Source: Desulfomonilia bacterium (GTDB taxonomy: Bacteria > Desulfobacterota > Desulfomonilia > UBA1062). Taken from it: DNA of 64,000 nucleotides. Both the position numbers and the translations under genes were made by a program. Location of the stretch: assembly GCA_963664325.2 (NCBI GenBank), contig CAXXDQ010000003.1, forward strand, positions 864,001-928,000, written 5' to 3'. The notes under the pieces were generated by a model. It was not told where the DNA came from and ran no database searches. It saw only the letters and a program-made list of their open reading frames with translations. Shown here in pieces: positions 20,050 through 30,207 of the stretch (within the stretch, counting starts at the first letter, position 1; each line of letters starts with the position of its first letter).

Positions 20050-20902
20050 AGTACCTCGCGGTAGCAATAGCGTATATATTCCTGGCCCCTTTTATAGGGG
20101 GGATTCTCTTCGGAATTGACAGAAAGATAACGGCAAGAATGCAGAGAAGGGTTGGACCTCCGGTGCTCCAGCCGTTCTATGATGTCCTGAAGCTGGCGCA
20201 GAAGCATACCCAGGTTGTAAACAGGCTCCAGGTCCCGGCGGTCTTATGCCATCTGGTGTTCACTATGATGACAGGTTTCCTTTTCTTTGAAGGCAGCGAT
20301 GTCCTCTTGATCATTTTTGTCCTGACGCTCTCTGCCGTTTTTCTCATAATCGGCGCCTATTCTTCAAGCTCACCGTTCAGCTTCCTGGGTGCAGAAAGGG
20401 AGCTGATTCTAATGACCGCCTATGAACCCATGGTGCTTCTCACTCTTATCGGGATTTACAAGGTCATAGGCAGCTTCAGCCTTTATGGGATCATCAATAC
20501 AGGCATCCCCCTGATAGCTTATCTTCCCGGCATCTTTATCGGTTTTGTTTATATCCTGACGATGAAGCTGAGAAAATCCCCGTTTGACATATCGGCCTCC
20601 CACCACGCACACCAGGAAATTGTGAAGGGGCTCACCTCTGATTTTCGGGTTTGACCCTTGCCATGATTGAATTGGCCCATTGGTATGAAACAGTCTTTCT
20701 GCTTGGCCTGGTATATGTCTTTTTTGCATTCAATCCGCTAATAGGAGTTCTGGCTGCATTATTGACTTTCTTCCTTGAGATCCTTGTTGACAATACCTTT
20801 GCACGGTTCAAGTGGGACAAGATTCTTAATGAGGCCTGGCTTGTGGCCCTGATTTTAGGCGGCGGAAATATTGTCGCACTGTATATATTTATGAGAGGTT
20901 AG
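20046..20902 (+). pseudogene. echB: Ech hydrogenase subunit B (NuoH-like), split by a 1-nt deletion (real or sequencing error)
   Basis: DRKITARMQRRVGPP..QPFYD, KSPFD and HQEIVKG. Adding one T to the T4 run at 20642-20645 joins the two ORFs as ...TSDFSGLTLAMIE... Confidence 0.8.
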
Positions 20903-20903
20903 G

Positions 20904-21344
20904 ATGTCTTTTTTTAATAAATCACCATGGATAATTCATTATGACGGGTCGAGCTGCAATGGCTGTGATATAGAAGTGCTGGCATGTCTGACACCGCTAT
21001 ATGATATCGAACGCTTCGGTATCATCAATACGGGAAATCCCAAACATGCGGATATTCTGCTTATAACCGGTTCAGTGAACTTTCAGAATATTGATATCAT
21101 TAAAAACCTGTATTCACAGATTCCGGACCCCAAGGTTGTTGTCGCTGTGGGCATCTGTGCATGTTCGGGAGGCATTTTTGCCGAATGCTATAATGTCCTC
21201 GGGGGGGTGGACAAGGTGATACCAGTAGATGTTTATGTTCAGGGATGCGCGGCCAGGCCGGAAGCCATAATAGATGGCGTGGTGAAGTCGCTTGGCATCC
21301 TGGAAAAGCGTTTCAGTGATTTTAAAAAAGACAGGGCGGCTTGA
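20904..21344 (+). CDS. echC: Ech hydrogenase small subunit C
   Basis: SSCNGCDIE, GNPKHAD, GICACSGG and GCAARPE motifs. Confidence 0.93.
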   Translation: MSFFNKSPWIIHYDGSSCNGCDIEVLACLTPLYDIERFGIINTGNPKHADILLITGSVNFQNIDIIKNLYSQIPDPKVVVAVGICACSGGIFAECYNVLGGVDKVIPVDVYVQGCAARPEAIIDGVVKSLGILEKRFSDFKKDRAA

Positions 21345-21345
21345 G

Positions 21346-21759
21346 ATGGCGGCAGATAAAAAGATAATCGAGATAGAGATCAGAGAACTTATTGAAAGTG
21401 CTAGTACCATGAAGGAGGAGGGTGCCCGTCTGGTACAGATATGCTGTGTGAAAGAACCTGCAGGAAAGGGGCAGGCGTCTCATTTCGAACTTCATTATAC
21501 ATTCGACAAGACATATCATCTGACCGGCTACAAGTTGACGGTGGCACCCGAAACTGAAATTCCCAGCATAACCGGGATTTACCCCTGCGCATTTCTTTAT
21601 GAAAACGAAATGCACGATCTTTTTGGAATCAGGATAAAGGGTATCAACATCGATTATGAAGGGACGCTTTACAAGCTGGCCAGACCAAAGCCTTTCAACC
21701 CTGATGTTGAGAAACCAGATAAAGCTGCAGACAAAGCGGTGGAAATAAATGGAAAGTAG
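21346..21759 (+). CDS. echD: Ech hydrogenase subunit D (NuoC-like)
   Basis: RLVQIC and IPSIT.IYPCAFLYENEMHDLFGI; in-frame ATG at 21346, just after the echC stop. Confidence 0.88.
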   Translation: MAADKKIIEIEIRELIESASTMKEEGARLVQICCVKEPAGKGQASHFELHYTFDKTYHLTGYKLTVAPETEIPSITGIYPCAFLYENEMHDLFGIRIKGINIDYEGTLYKLARPKPFNPDVEKPDKAADKAVEINGK

Positions 21760-22843
21760 AGCGGACAAAAAACGGACCACCATCCCATTCGGCCCGCAGC
21801 ACCCGGTCCTGCCTGAGCCGATACATTTTGATTTTGTCCTTGATGATGAGACGGTTGTCGATGTCGTTCCGTCTATCGGTTACATACACCGGGGGCTGGA
21901 GACACTGGTTCAAAAGAGAGAATATACTGAATTTGTATACGTGGCGGAGCGTATATGCGGGATCTGCAGCTTTATACACGGTATGGGATATTGTGAGGCG
22001 ATAGAAGAGATAATGAAAGTGGAGATTCCTCCCAGGGCGAAATATCTGCGCGTTATATGGGGGGAACTTTCCAGACTCCACAGCCATTTGCTCTGGCTTG
22101 GTCTTGCAGCGGATGCGTTCGGGTTTGAAAACCTTTTCATGCAGGCCTGGCGGGCGCGTGAGACTATACTTGATATTGTTGAAGAAACGACAGGAGGACG
22201 TGTTATCTTCGGGGCGTGCAGAATCGGCGGGGTGAGAAGGGATATTGATGCCGACATGCTCAAGAGGATTATCGCTACGCTTTATGAATTTGAAAAGGAC
22301 GTCAGGGAGATAACGGATATCTTCCTCAATGACAGTTCCGTCAAGCACAGGCTTTGCGGAATAGGCGTCCTTTCGAAAGAAGATGCATATGCAGCCGGTG
22401 CGGTCGGGCCCATGCTCCGTGCAAGCGGGGTGGAATTTGACTGCAGAAAACTTGGCTACGATGCATACCCGGATATCAGTTTCGAGATAATTTCGGCAAG
22501 TGAAGGCGATTGCTATGCCAGGTGCAAGGTGCGTATTGGCGAGATATTCCAGTCGCTGGGAATTATCAGGCAGGCGGCAATAAGGATTCCGGAAGGCGAG
22601 GTTTCTATCCAGGTAAAAGGTTCACCGGAAGGCGAGGCGTTTGTAAGATTTGAACAGCCCAGGGGAGAAGTCGTCTATTTTGCAAAGGGGAACGGGACGA
22701 AATTTCTAAGCCGGTTCAGGGCAAGGACGCCGACATTTGCAAACATACCCGCCATGATTCAGGTCATGAAAGGCTGCAACTTTGCGGATGTCCCCAGCAT
22801 AATTCTGACAATAGACCCTTGCATAAGCTGTACTGAGAGGTAG
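21749..22843 (+). CDS. echE: Ech [NiFe]-hydrogenase large subunit E
   Basis: PFGPQHP; Ni-binding ERICGIC and C-terminal DPCISCTER with no cleavable extension. Confidence 0.95.
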   Translation: MESRADKKRTTIPFGPQHPVLPEPIHFDFVLDDETVVDVVPSIGYIHRGLETLVQKREYTEFVYVAERICGICSFIHGMGYCEAIEEIMKVEIPPRAKYLRVIWGELSRLHSHLLWLGLAADAFGFENLFMQAWRARETILDIVEETTGGRVIFGACRIGGVRRDIDADMLKRIIATLYEFEKDVREITDIFLNDSSVKHRLCGIGVLSKEDAYAAGAVGPMLRASGVEFDCRKLGYDAYPDISFEIISASEGDCYARCKVRIGEIFQSLGIIRQAAIRIPEGEVSIQVKGSPEGEAFVRFEQPRGEVVYFAKGNGTKFLSRFRARTPTFANIPAMIQVMKGCNFADVPSIILTIDPCISCTER

Positions 22844-22846
22844 GAC

Positions 22847-23236
22847 ATGCCCTATTTTATAATGGCCGGCAGAACAATGAAAAACCTTTTCAGCAGGCCT
22901 GCAACAAGGCTTTATCCCATAAAGAAGAGGCTGCCCTTTACCGTTTCAAGAGGGCACATCACCAATAATATGGAAACATGTATCTTCTGCGGAATCTGCC
23001 AGAAGAAATGTCCTACAGACGCCATATCAGTTGCCCGCAAAGAAAAGACATGGGAGATACAGAGGCTTAAGTGCATCGCCTGCGGTTGCTGTGTCGATGT
23101 ATGTCCGAAGAACAGTCTTACAATGAATAATGCATATTCATTGCCTGTAGCAGGAAATGAAAAGGATATGGCCAGAAACCTTTTCACGGCTGCAAATACA
23201 GCACAAACCGGGCAGTCAGAAAAAGAAGATACCTGA
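22847..23236 (+). CDS. echF: Ech hydrogenase subunit F (2x[4Fe-4S])
   Basis: CIFCGICQKKCP and CIACGCCVDVCP; PATRLYP. Confidence 0.92.
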   Translation: MPYFIMAGRTMKNLFSRPATRLYPIKKRLPFTVSRGHITNNMETCIFCGICQKKCPTDAISVARKEKTWEIQRLKCIACGCCVDVCPKNSLTMNNAYSLPVAGNEKDMARNLFTAANTAQTGQSEKEDT

Positions 23237-23238
23237 GG

Positions 23239-24687
23239 CTAGCCGGAGTTTTTATCGAGCATTTTGAGGTAATCGATATTTCCCTGCATGCCAACCCATC
23301 TTAGCGGTTCGGGTGGGATCGGTATCAGTGAGCGGTTGTAAAATGGCATATCCTTCCACTTTTCCGTCTCACCTGCATAAATATCAGAAATCATACGTCC
23401 GAAGAGAATTGACATGTTGACTCCATGTCCGCAGTATGCAAGGCCGTAATAGATATTGCCGTGCTTGCCCATTACGCCCACTGACTGGTTGAAATCGATG
23501 GTGAAACCCATCACTCCGCTCCAGATATATTCAAATTCCGTTTTAGACAGTTTTGGGTATATCCTGGACAGCTCTTTTTTTAAGATATCGTAAGGAACCT
23601 TTATGTCCCCTTTATAAGTAATGCCGTTATTGAAGAAATAATCCACATGCCCTGCGCCAATCAATATTCTTCCGTCTCTGGTATTGCCTGCATGAAACAG
23701 GATATTTCTCGTATCGGAAAACGGGATCCCGCTTGTCCAGCCTATATCGTTCAGAACAGATGGCGGCAGCTGAGGCGTTACTGCGATCTGCGTATGAACT
23801 GCCATCACTGAATATTTGAAAAAGCCGAGCTTTGAAGTGTATCCGTTGGTTGCCAGTACAATAGCCCCGGCCTTGACCCTGTTCTGGTTTTTGCCGGCTT
23901 TGAGTAATACTGTTTCTCCCTGTGTTATTTCGAAAACAGGACTGTCCTCATAAATAACGACACCGGAGGATATTGCGGTTTTCTTTAAGGCATTGACAAG
24001 TTTCATCGGATGAATCTGCCCGCCATTAGGTTCATACAATGAACCGTAGTAGACGTCGGTTCCGATAGCCTTTTTTGTTTTTTGCCTGTCCCAGAATTCC
24101 ACCGGGATACCCATTGTCTGAGCCTTCCTTACATATTCCAGCTGCTTTTCCACCTGATTTTTACTTACAATCACGAGCAGGATGCCTTTTAATGACAGGT
24201 CGCATTCAACCCCGGATTCCTTGACCAGTCTGATTATCTCCTTCTGGTTTTCAACAGTGATGCTGTATGTCATTTTATGGGTATCCGGATTTGAATACAC
24301 ATCCATATACTCCATATTCGGCTGCGGAAGGATCATCCCGCCGTTCCTGCCCGATGCCCCCTGGCCTGTACCGCGGGCTTCAAGCAGGACTATTTTCTTT
24401 CCAGGAAATCTTTTTTTCAGACAGCAGGCTGCAGAAAGTCCGGTATAGCCTCCACCGATAATTGCGATATCGGCTTCAATATCAGTCTCAAGAGGAGGAT
24501 TCTTTTCTGAGCTTGAAAGAGCCCAGTAGCTGTTGTTTGAATCAAATTCAAGTTTTTCCTTACAGACCAGCGGAGTGATTATTTCTGTGCCGGCTGTAAC
24601 AGCGGCTGCACCACCGACAACTGCCGCTCCGCGTTTTAGGAAACTTCTCCTGGAAATTTTATTTTCCAAAGCCAACCTCCTATTCAA
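23239..24687 (-). CDS. Tat-exported FAD-dependent oxidoreductase (DadA/PuuB amine oxidase family)
   Basis: SRRSFLK twin-Arg signal; IIGGGYTG, GASGRNGG, VLATNGY and YCGHG motifs. Confidence 0.85.
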   Translation of the reverse strand: MNRRLALENKISRRSFLKRGAAVVGGAAAVTAGTEIITPLVCKEKLEFDSNNSYWALSSSEKNPPLETDIEADIAIIGGGYTGLSAACCLKKRFPGKKIVLLEARGTGQGASGRNGGMILPQPNMEYMDVYSNPDTHKMTYSITVENQKEIIRLVKESGVECDLSLKGILLVIVSKNQVEKQLEYVRKAQTMGIPVEFWDRQKTKKAIGTDVYYGSLYEPNGGQIHPMKLVNALKKTAISSGVVIYEDSPVFEITQGETVLLKAGKNQNRVKAGAIVLATNGYTSKLGFFKYSVMAVHTQIAVTPQLPPSVLNDIGWTSGIPFSDTRNILFHAGNTRDGRILIGAGHVDYFFNNGITYKGDIKVPYDILKKELSRIYPKLSKTEFEYIWSGVMGFTIDFNQSVGVMGKHGNIYYGLAYCGHGVNMSILFGRMISDIYAGETEKWKDMPFYNRSLIPIPPEPLRWVGMQGNIDYLKMLDKNSG

Positions 24688-24816
24688 AATTCAAATTTAC
24701 CAATTTTCTTATACCATCTGTCAGCCGGAATATACATGACTAGTTTTGTTCATCACTGGACTATTGGTACCGCAGCATTATTTTTTTGAATATCTTATTT
24801 TTCCCAGGAGGCGGAT

Positions 24817-25932
24817 ATGTTGTTTGCCTGGAGGATGTTCTGGTTTTATGTGGGGGTGTCAACATTGATCCTGTGCGCCTGCAGTTCCGGCAGCAGCAGT
24901 TTTGAAGAAGCGGGACAGACATCAGGTAACGAATCTGTAAAATCAGAATGCCAAGACGTGATCCCCGCAGCATATGCGCTGTGGAGCGAATTTTTACCTG
25001 TTGATGAAGTTATTTCGAAAATCCCGGTTTTATATGAAAAAGGCATAGCCCTTTATCAGGCGATACCTTCAGACAAGATTGGTGACAAAGAGATTGCCCG
25101 TCTGCTGGGTGAAGTTTCTTGCAGCGGTATCGAGTTAAGGGCCTGGCTCACTCTTCCCAATGAACAAGGCTACTGGCCGAACGAAAAAAATGCCGGGCTG
25201 TTTTCCAAGAAGGCTCTTGAACTTGCAGGGTGGATAAAACAATCCGGCTGGAATATAGATTGGATCGTTGTTGATATGGAACCTGATTATGCAATGTTGA
25301 AATCTTTATTCGAATCTCTGGGCTCCGGTAATTTAATTGAAGCTGTCAAGATACTTAAAGAAAATCATAATCCAGAGATGTATGAAAATTCCGTTAAAAC
25401 ATTCAGAAAGCTTGTGGATGATCTTCATGCAATGGGATTCAGGGTTATGGTTGTAACATTTCCCATGGTGCTGGATGACATGTTTGACGGGGACAGCAGC
25501 ATACAGAATCTGTTGAATATACCGGTATCGGGGATTGACTGGGACATGGTTTCCTTTATGACCTATTCTACAATCTTCGAAATGATTCTGGGAAGTGATG
25601 TGAATGAATATCTCGTTTATTCCTATGGAAGGGATGCCGTAAGGTTTTTTGGAAACAGGGCGGCTGTTGAACTTGGAATTATTGGCGGTGGCGGTATGAT
25701 CGAAAATATCGGCATAACTGATACGGGAAAACTTGAAGAACAGGTTGCTGCTGCCAAATATGCCGGTATTAAAGCGATTCACGCATACTCTCTCGATGGA
25801 ATATTAAGCCTGGATGAAAACGATGGATTCTTTGATATTTTCAATGCATCAGCACATACCAGGCCCGAAACTCAATTTTCCATACTTGTAATCCGGAACG
25901 CCCTAAAATTATTGGATAAACTTATTGATTAA
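24817..25932 (+). CDS. Hypothetical lipoprotein, possibly a TIM-barrel hydrolase
   Basis: AGGAGG RBS; LCAC lipobox with Ser-rich linker; VVDMEP motif. Confidence 0.55.
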   Translation: MLFAWRMFWFYVGVSTLILCACSSGSSSFEEAGQTSGNESVKSECQDVIPAAYALWSEFLPVDEVISKIPVLYEKGIALYQAIPSDKIGDKEIARLLGEVSCSGIELRAWLTLPNEQGYWPNEKNAGLFSKKALELAGWIKQSGWNIDWIVVDMEPDYAMLKSLFESLGSGNLIEAVKILKENHNPEMYENSVKTFRKLVDDLHAMGFRVMVVTFPMVLDDMFDGDSSIQNLLNIPVSGIDWDMVSFMTYSTIFEMILGSDVNEYLVYSYGRDAVRFFGNRAAVELGIIGGGGMIENIGITDTGKLEEQVAAAKYAGIKAIHAYSLDGILSLDENDGFFDIFNASAHTRPETQFSILVIRNALKLLDKLID

Positions 25933-25937
25933 ATGAT

Positions 25938-25980
25938 AAAGAGGAAAAGCCTTTTATTCCTAAGGCATTTCCTCTTTTTT
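25938..25980. terminator. Bidirectional intrinsic terminator
   Basis: AAAGAGGAAAAGCCTT ... AAGGCATTTCCTCTTTTTT between convergent genes. Confidence 0.7.
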
Positions 25981-26012
25981 ATAACTAAAATCAAATAACA
26001 TTCAGAAGAATT

Positions 26013-26591
26013 TTATTTCCGGTTTCTTTTCCTTGCGGCAAAGCCTGCACCGATCATCCCGATTCCGAGAAGTGTCAATGTCGCCGGTTCAGGGACCGGG
26101 GCCGGAGCTGCCGGATTGTAGGTAAGCTTGAAATCCGCTCCGGTTACATAGAAATCAGAAAGGCATTGCCCTGTATCGTCAACCCTGACAACAACCTGAC
26201 CATTTATAACCTGAGCAGTAAATACAAGGTTCATGGTGTCAATTTCCCTGCGCATTACTTCTGTTCCATTGATAAATGCCCTTCCGTATTCCAGCCATAT
26301 GTCTCCATCATCTTTGAATTTTATGGTGAGGCTGCCGGTTATTGGAGAGTCGTCAGCAGGCGGATTGAATGTAAATGAATGTGACCATGTCAGGAAATCC
26401 CCACCCTTTTCGAGCAGATTCACTTTGCAGCCGCCATAGCCAAGAAGTTTTGCAACACCATCGCCTGTTGATATGGTGTCGCTTGGGGCACTTCCGAAAC
26501 TTATGTGATTTTCAAGAGTGATGGGTGCTGCGAATAGAGGACCGGCTAGCATGAAAATCATTGCTGATAAAATAACGACCACCTTTTTCAT
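26013..26591 (-). CDS. PEP-CTERM sorting-domain protein
   Basis: Signal peptide; C-terminal VPEPATLTLLGIGMIGAGFAARKRNRK (PEP, TM helix, basic tail). Confidence 0.93.
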   Translation of the reverse strand: MKKVVVILSAMIFMLAGPLFAAPITLENHISFGSAPSDTISTGDGVAKLLGYGGCKVNLLEKGGDFLTWSHSFTFNPPADDSPITGSLTIKFKDDGDIWLEYGRAFINGTEVMRREIDTMNLVFTAQVINGQVVVRVDDTGQCLSDFYVTGADFKLTYNPAAPAPVPEPATLTLLGIGMIGAGFAARKRNRK

Positions 26592-26644
26592 TAAAAAAAT
26601 CCTCCGTTGTATTTCTTATGATGTGTCAAACTGATAATATTATT

Positions 26645-26660
26645 AGCAACAGGCATGCCT
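26645..26660 (-). promoter_or_regulatory. Sigma-54 promoter of the PEP-CTERM gene
   Basis: Minus strand AGGCAT-GCCTG-TTGCT (GG-N10-GC), about 55 nt upstream of the start; candidate enhancer TGTAAAGGATCTGATACA at 26757-26774. Confidence 0.65.
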
Positions 26661-26884
26661 AAATACTGAGATAGATGGATTAGAATATATTAAAATATAT
26701 AACTATAAGATATTGCACAGCAAATAGATTTGAATTGGGCAATATTCATGTCTGGATGTAAAGGATCTGATACAAGTGCATCAGCTGAATTTTATCAGGT
26801 GCAGGGAAATGTTTCCCATTGAAAGAAAAAAATTCTCTTGTCTGTTCGTTTTTTTCTTATTTCTTTTATGCACTGCATAAAATA

Positions 26885-29227
26885 TCACTCTACAAGAAAA
26901 TCATAATCAATCTTGAAACTGCCCTGCGGCAGGCCTTCCATGCTGGACATGATTGAAAGTGTGAGTTCATGCGGCTCCTGGGTTTCAGGGGTGGTAAATT
27001 TAACCGGGCATATTTCATTGAAGCCATGCCGGACCTTTCTTGTGAATGTATTACTGGCAATTATATTACCGTCAGTTTCATCCGTTACGGTCCAGGTGAT
27101 TGTCTGTGGCGTATCAGGCATGAAGGAATCATTCATGATCACTAATGTACGATTTATTGTCCTTGCTGCAGGCAGGAGGACGGGACCGAATGTTCCGTCA
27201 GGATTGGATTTTGTTCTTGTATAATCATAATCGAAAACAGCGATCGGATGATATGACTGGCGTAAATTTTTTACCAGAGCGTCTTTCTGCTCCAGGGAAT
27301 AAAGCGAGTGATAGTAAAGGCTCCAGGGATGCTCTTTCCCTTCCGGGTCAAAGAAATGCCAGGCCCAGTTCATTTTATAGGGTCTCATGTCTGAAAAACC
27401 CAGGATCCTCATGGCCCTGACCGCTATACCCTGCATAGCCTTCGTCTGGTCAGGCGTATGTTTTGTCCAGTCACGGTTGCGCACAACCATTGTCTCACCA
27501 ACCCCGCATGGCACATCCTTGACAAGAAACGGCCTGAAATTACATATCGCATCATCATACCACTCGATGTCTGGGTCATCAGTGAAAAGAAGTCCTGTAA
27601 GTGAAGGATAATGCCAGTTTACAGTTTCGGGTTTAAATCCGGAAAGCCTTAAAAGTCCCGAATCACCATCCCAGTTCACAGGGCGCGGTTCGGTCCATTT
27701 GTTGTCAGGCCGTTTTATTGTATCAGCCTCTTTTGCGGGATATTTAAGCTTGTCTATCTGGCATAGAGAGAGATCGAGGATATATAAGAACATCTCGTTT
27801 TCCAGAGACCACATAATTATTGACGGATGATTCCTGGTTGCCTTCACCCATGCATCGATGAAGGTCAGGCTGTTCTCAATATATTTAAAATCCAGCCAGG
27901 ATAACGGCGGGATTATATCAATGCGTGCATATACGGCGGATTCGGAGATGACGAGGATGCCAAGTTCATCGCATAAAGAATAAACAGACTCTTCAGGAGG
28001 CGCCTGATGGAACCGGATTGTATTTATGTTCAAGTCCTTGATCCTCTTGAGCGTATCTCTCACAGTATCAGCCGAAAAATATTTCAATGCCCAGTATCTT
28101 GGACGTGATGCCTGATCATCGACATTGTCACCAATCAGGTTCATGCGCATGCCGTTAAGCATGAAATTGCCGTTTTCTATCCACACTTCCCTGAAGCCGA
28201 AACGGTCTTCCCTCAAATCAACAGGTTGGCCTGCTTCATCTGTAAGCAGAGTTCTGAGTTTATAAAGATGCGGATTTACCGGTGACCAGCAGATGGGGTT
28301 ATCCCATCTCTCAACCACGACCGTCTTTATGCTCGAGTGAGCAGGCACAATTACTTTTTGAGCTTTTGTCTCGATGGCAGGTTTGCTGTTATTGTCCTCT
28401 GCCCGGCTGATAATCCAAACACTCTGTTCAATCTCGAGCGAATTGGTCAGTGTGTATTCGAGAGTGATTTCTTTTTGCCTGACCGAAGAAACTATGAATA
28501 CATCATTTATATATACTGAAGGTCTTGTCTGAATTGCGACCGGCCTGTAAAGCCCTGTGATATCAGTATGGCTGTAGTATCCGGCAGGCCATGAAGGATG
28601 AGTGCTCTTGCCGTCCATCAAAGCGGAACCGTCTGTCAGTTCAACCCTGAGCCTGTTTTTGCCGCTTCTGACCGCTCTTGAAACATCAAATGAAACCTTC
28701 ATATACGGACCTGTATGTGACCCGCAGTATACATCGTTGAAATAAACATCTGCTTTGTGATGGATTGATTCAAATTCTATCTTTGTAACTGCCCCCGGCT
28801 CCGGTATTTCTATATCACGCAGGTAAGTCCCCTTATGAATTATCCTTTTTTCCCAGTTCACACCTTCAATAATGTCGAGCTGATAGTCAGGTGTGCCGTC
28901 CAAATAACCGGGAAAGCTTTTATATCCTTCCCACTTGGGATATGCCTCCCAAAATCCTGGCACTTCAACTTCGCGCGGTTGGTACCCTTCCGGGATAAAC
29001 GTCCATGTTCCGTTGAGGCTGCTTTCTGATCTGAGGGTCTTGTCCGGTTCCTGCCAATGGGGGATAAAATTCGTCTCGGTACTATTTAATCCGGAAACAG
29101 TTCCATCCCGGATGTCTGCTGTTGCAGATTCATTATTATCGGCTGAGCACGAAACAAACGTAAGAAATAAAGAAAGTAAACATATGGGTAACAGAAAATA
29201 ATTTTTAAACAAGTTCCCATTCCTCAT
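26885..29227 (-). CDS. Glycoside hydrolase family 2 lipoprotein
   Basis: Lipobox FVSC; SLNGTW, GLYRPV, FGFRE, INTIRFH and RNHPSIIMWSLENE (acid/base Glu). Confidence 0.88.
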   Translation of the reverse strand: MRNGNLFKNYFLLPICLLSLFLTFVSCSADNNESATADIRDGTVSGLNSTETNFIPHWQEPDKTLRSESSLNGTWTFIPEGYQPREVEVPGFWEAYPKWEGYKSFPGYLDGTPDYQLDIIEGVNWEKRIIHKGTYLRDIEIPEPGAVTKIEFESIHHKADVYFNDVYCGSHTGPYMKVSFDVSRAVRSGKNRLRVELTDGSALMDGKSTHPSWPAGYYSHTDITGLYRPVAIQTRPSVYINDVFIVSSVRQKEITLEYTLTNSLEIEQSVWIISRAEDNNSKPAIETKAQKVIVPAHSSIKTVVVERWDNPICWSPVNPHLYKLRTLLTDEAGQPVDLREDRFGFREVWIENGNFMLNGMRMNLIGDNVDDQASRPRYWALKYFSADTVRDTLKRIKDLNINTIRFHQAPPEESVYSLCDELGILVISESAVYARIDIIPPLSWLDFKYIENSLTFIDAWVKATRNHPSIIMWSLENEMFLYILDLSLCQIDKLKYPAKEADTIKRPDNKWTEPRPVNWDGDSGLLRLSGFKPETVNWHYPSLTGLLFTDDPDIEWYDDAICNFRPFLVKDVPCGVGETMVVRNRDWTKHTPDQTKAMQGIAVRAMRILGFSDMRPYKMNWAWHFFDPEGKEHPWSLYYHSLYSLEQKDALVKNLRQSYHPIAVFDYDYTRTKSNPDGTFGPVLLPAARTINRTLVIMNDSFMPDTPQTITWTVTDETDGNIIASNTFTRKVRHGFNEICPVKFTTPETQEPHELTLSIMSSMEGLPQGSFKIDYDFLVE

Positions 29228-29371
29228 GGCAGCGATCCCCTTTTACGGATATCATGACAAATTATAGAATTAGATTATATGTCCATAAAAATAATAATTA
29301 AACAGTTTTTTTCTATCCCTGTATTGTATATTTCAATATAATCATCGCATGTTCATCCTAGGAGTTGTTGA

Positions 29372-30193
29372 ATGAAAGGCTTTCCCAAGTGGCTTGTGAA
29401 GCTTAATTTCTTCCTGGCTGTGCCTGTTGTGAATTTTGGCAAGCATGCAGGGAGGCTGCCTGTTATAAAAAATATTGTAAATCTGTTTTTTATAAAATCC
29501 TTCAACCAGGTTACCGCGATTCCAATCAGCAGGCATGTTGCTGTTAATGAAAGTATCGATGCACGAAGCACAACGCTGCCTTTAGGTATGATTGACAAAC
29601 TTGTTGAAGCGGCCTCGTACGTCATGATCCTGAATGAATGTGTATGCAGGTCATATTACAGGAAAGGGCCGGTTGATATCGGCTGCATGGTGCTTGGGAA
29701 AGCTGCCCTCGATATTCATCCGTCAAACGGACGTATCATTAATACAATCGAGGCCAAAGCCCATGTTAGAAAAGCTGCGGACGCAGGTCTTGTAGCAAAT
29801 GTTGCTCATGTTTGGATTGACCCCGTCGGTTTTGGCGTTACAAGCTTTAAGAACATGCTTTTTATATGCTTCTGCGGGCATGACTCATGCCTTTACACGG
29901 ACAACCTTAATAAGCGGTGTCCGAACCTGGACAATGCTTATAAAAAGCTGGACGGCATGTCTGTTGTTATTGATGAATCATTGTGTTCAGGCTGCGGATT
30001 ATGTGCCGAAAAATGTTTTGTTTCGGCAATTAAGATGAATAACGGCAAGGCTGTCATCGGTGATGTATGCAAGGGATGCGGGAGGTGCATCAGCGAGTGC
30101 CCTGAAAAAGCGATGGGTCTTAGAATAGATGATTTTGACAGTGTTTATAGTCAGCTTCTAAAAAGGGTTTCTTGTTTTGCGGATATCGGGTAG
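29372..30193 (+). CDS. 4Fe-4S dicluster domain-containing protein
   Basis: CVCR, ICFC and C-terminal CSGCGLCAEKC / CKGCGRCISECP. Confidence 0.85.
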   Translation: MKGFPKWLVKLNFFLAVPVVNFGKHAGRLPVIKNIVNLFFIKSFNQVTAIPISRHVAVNESIDARSTTLPLGMIDKLVEAASYVMILNECVCRSYYRKGPVDIGCMVLGKAALDIHPSNGRIINTIEAKAHVRKAADAGLVANVAHVWIDPVGFGVTSFKNMLFICFCGHDSCLYTDNLNKRCPNLDNAYKKLDGMSVVIDESLCSGCGLCAEKCFVSAIKMNNGKAVIGDVCKGCGRCISECPEKAMGLRIDDFDSVYSQLLKRVSCFADIG

Positions 30194-30207
30194 GGATGCG
30201 TTTAAAA

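Noticed and set aside
18145-23236. Alternative call as complex I (nuo) or an Ehr complex
   Set aside because: The large subunit has both Ni-binding CxxC motifs and the six-gene order matches ech.
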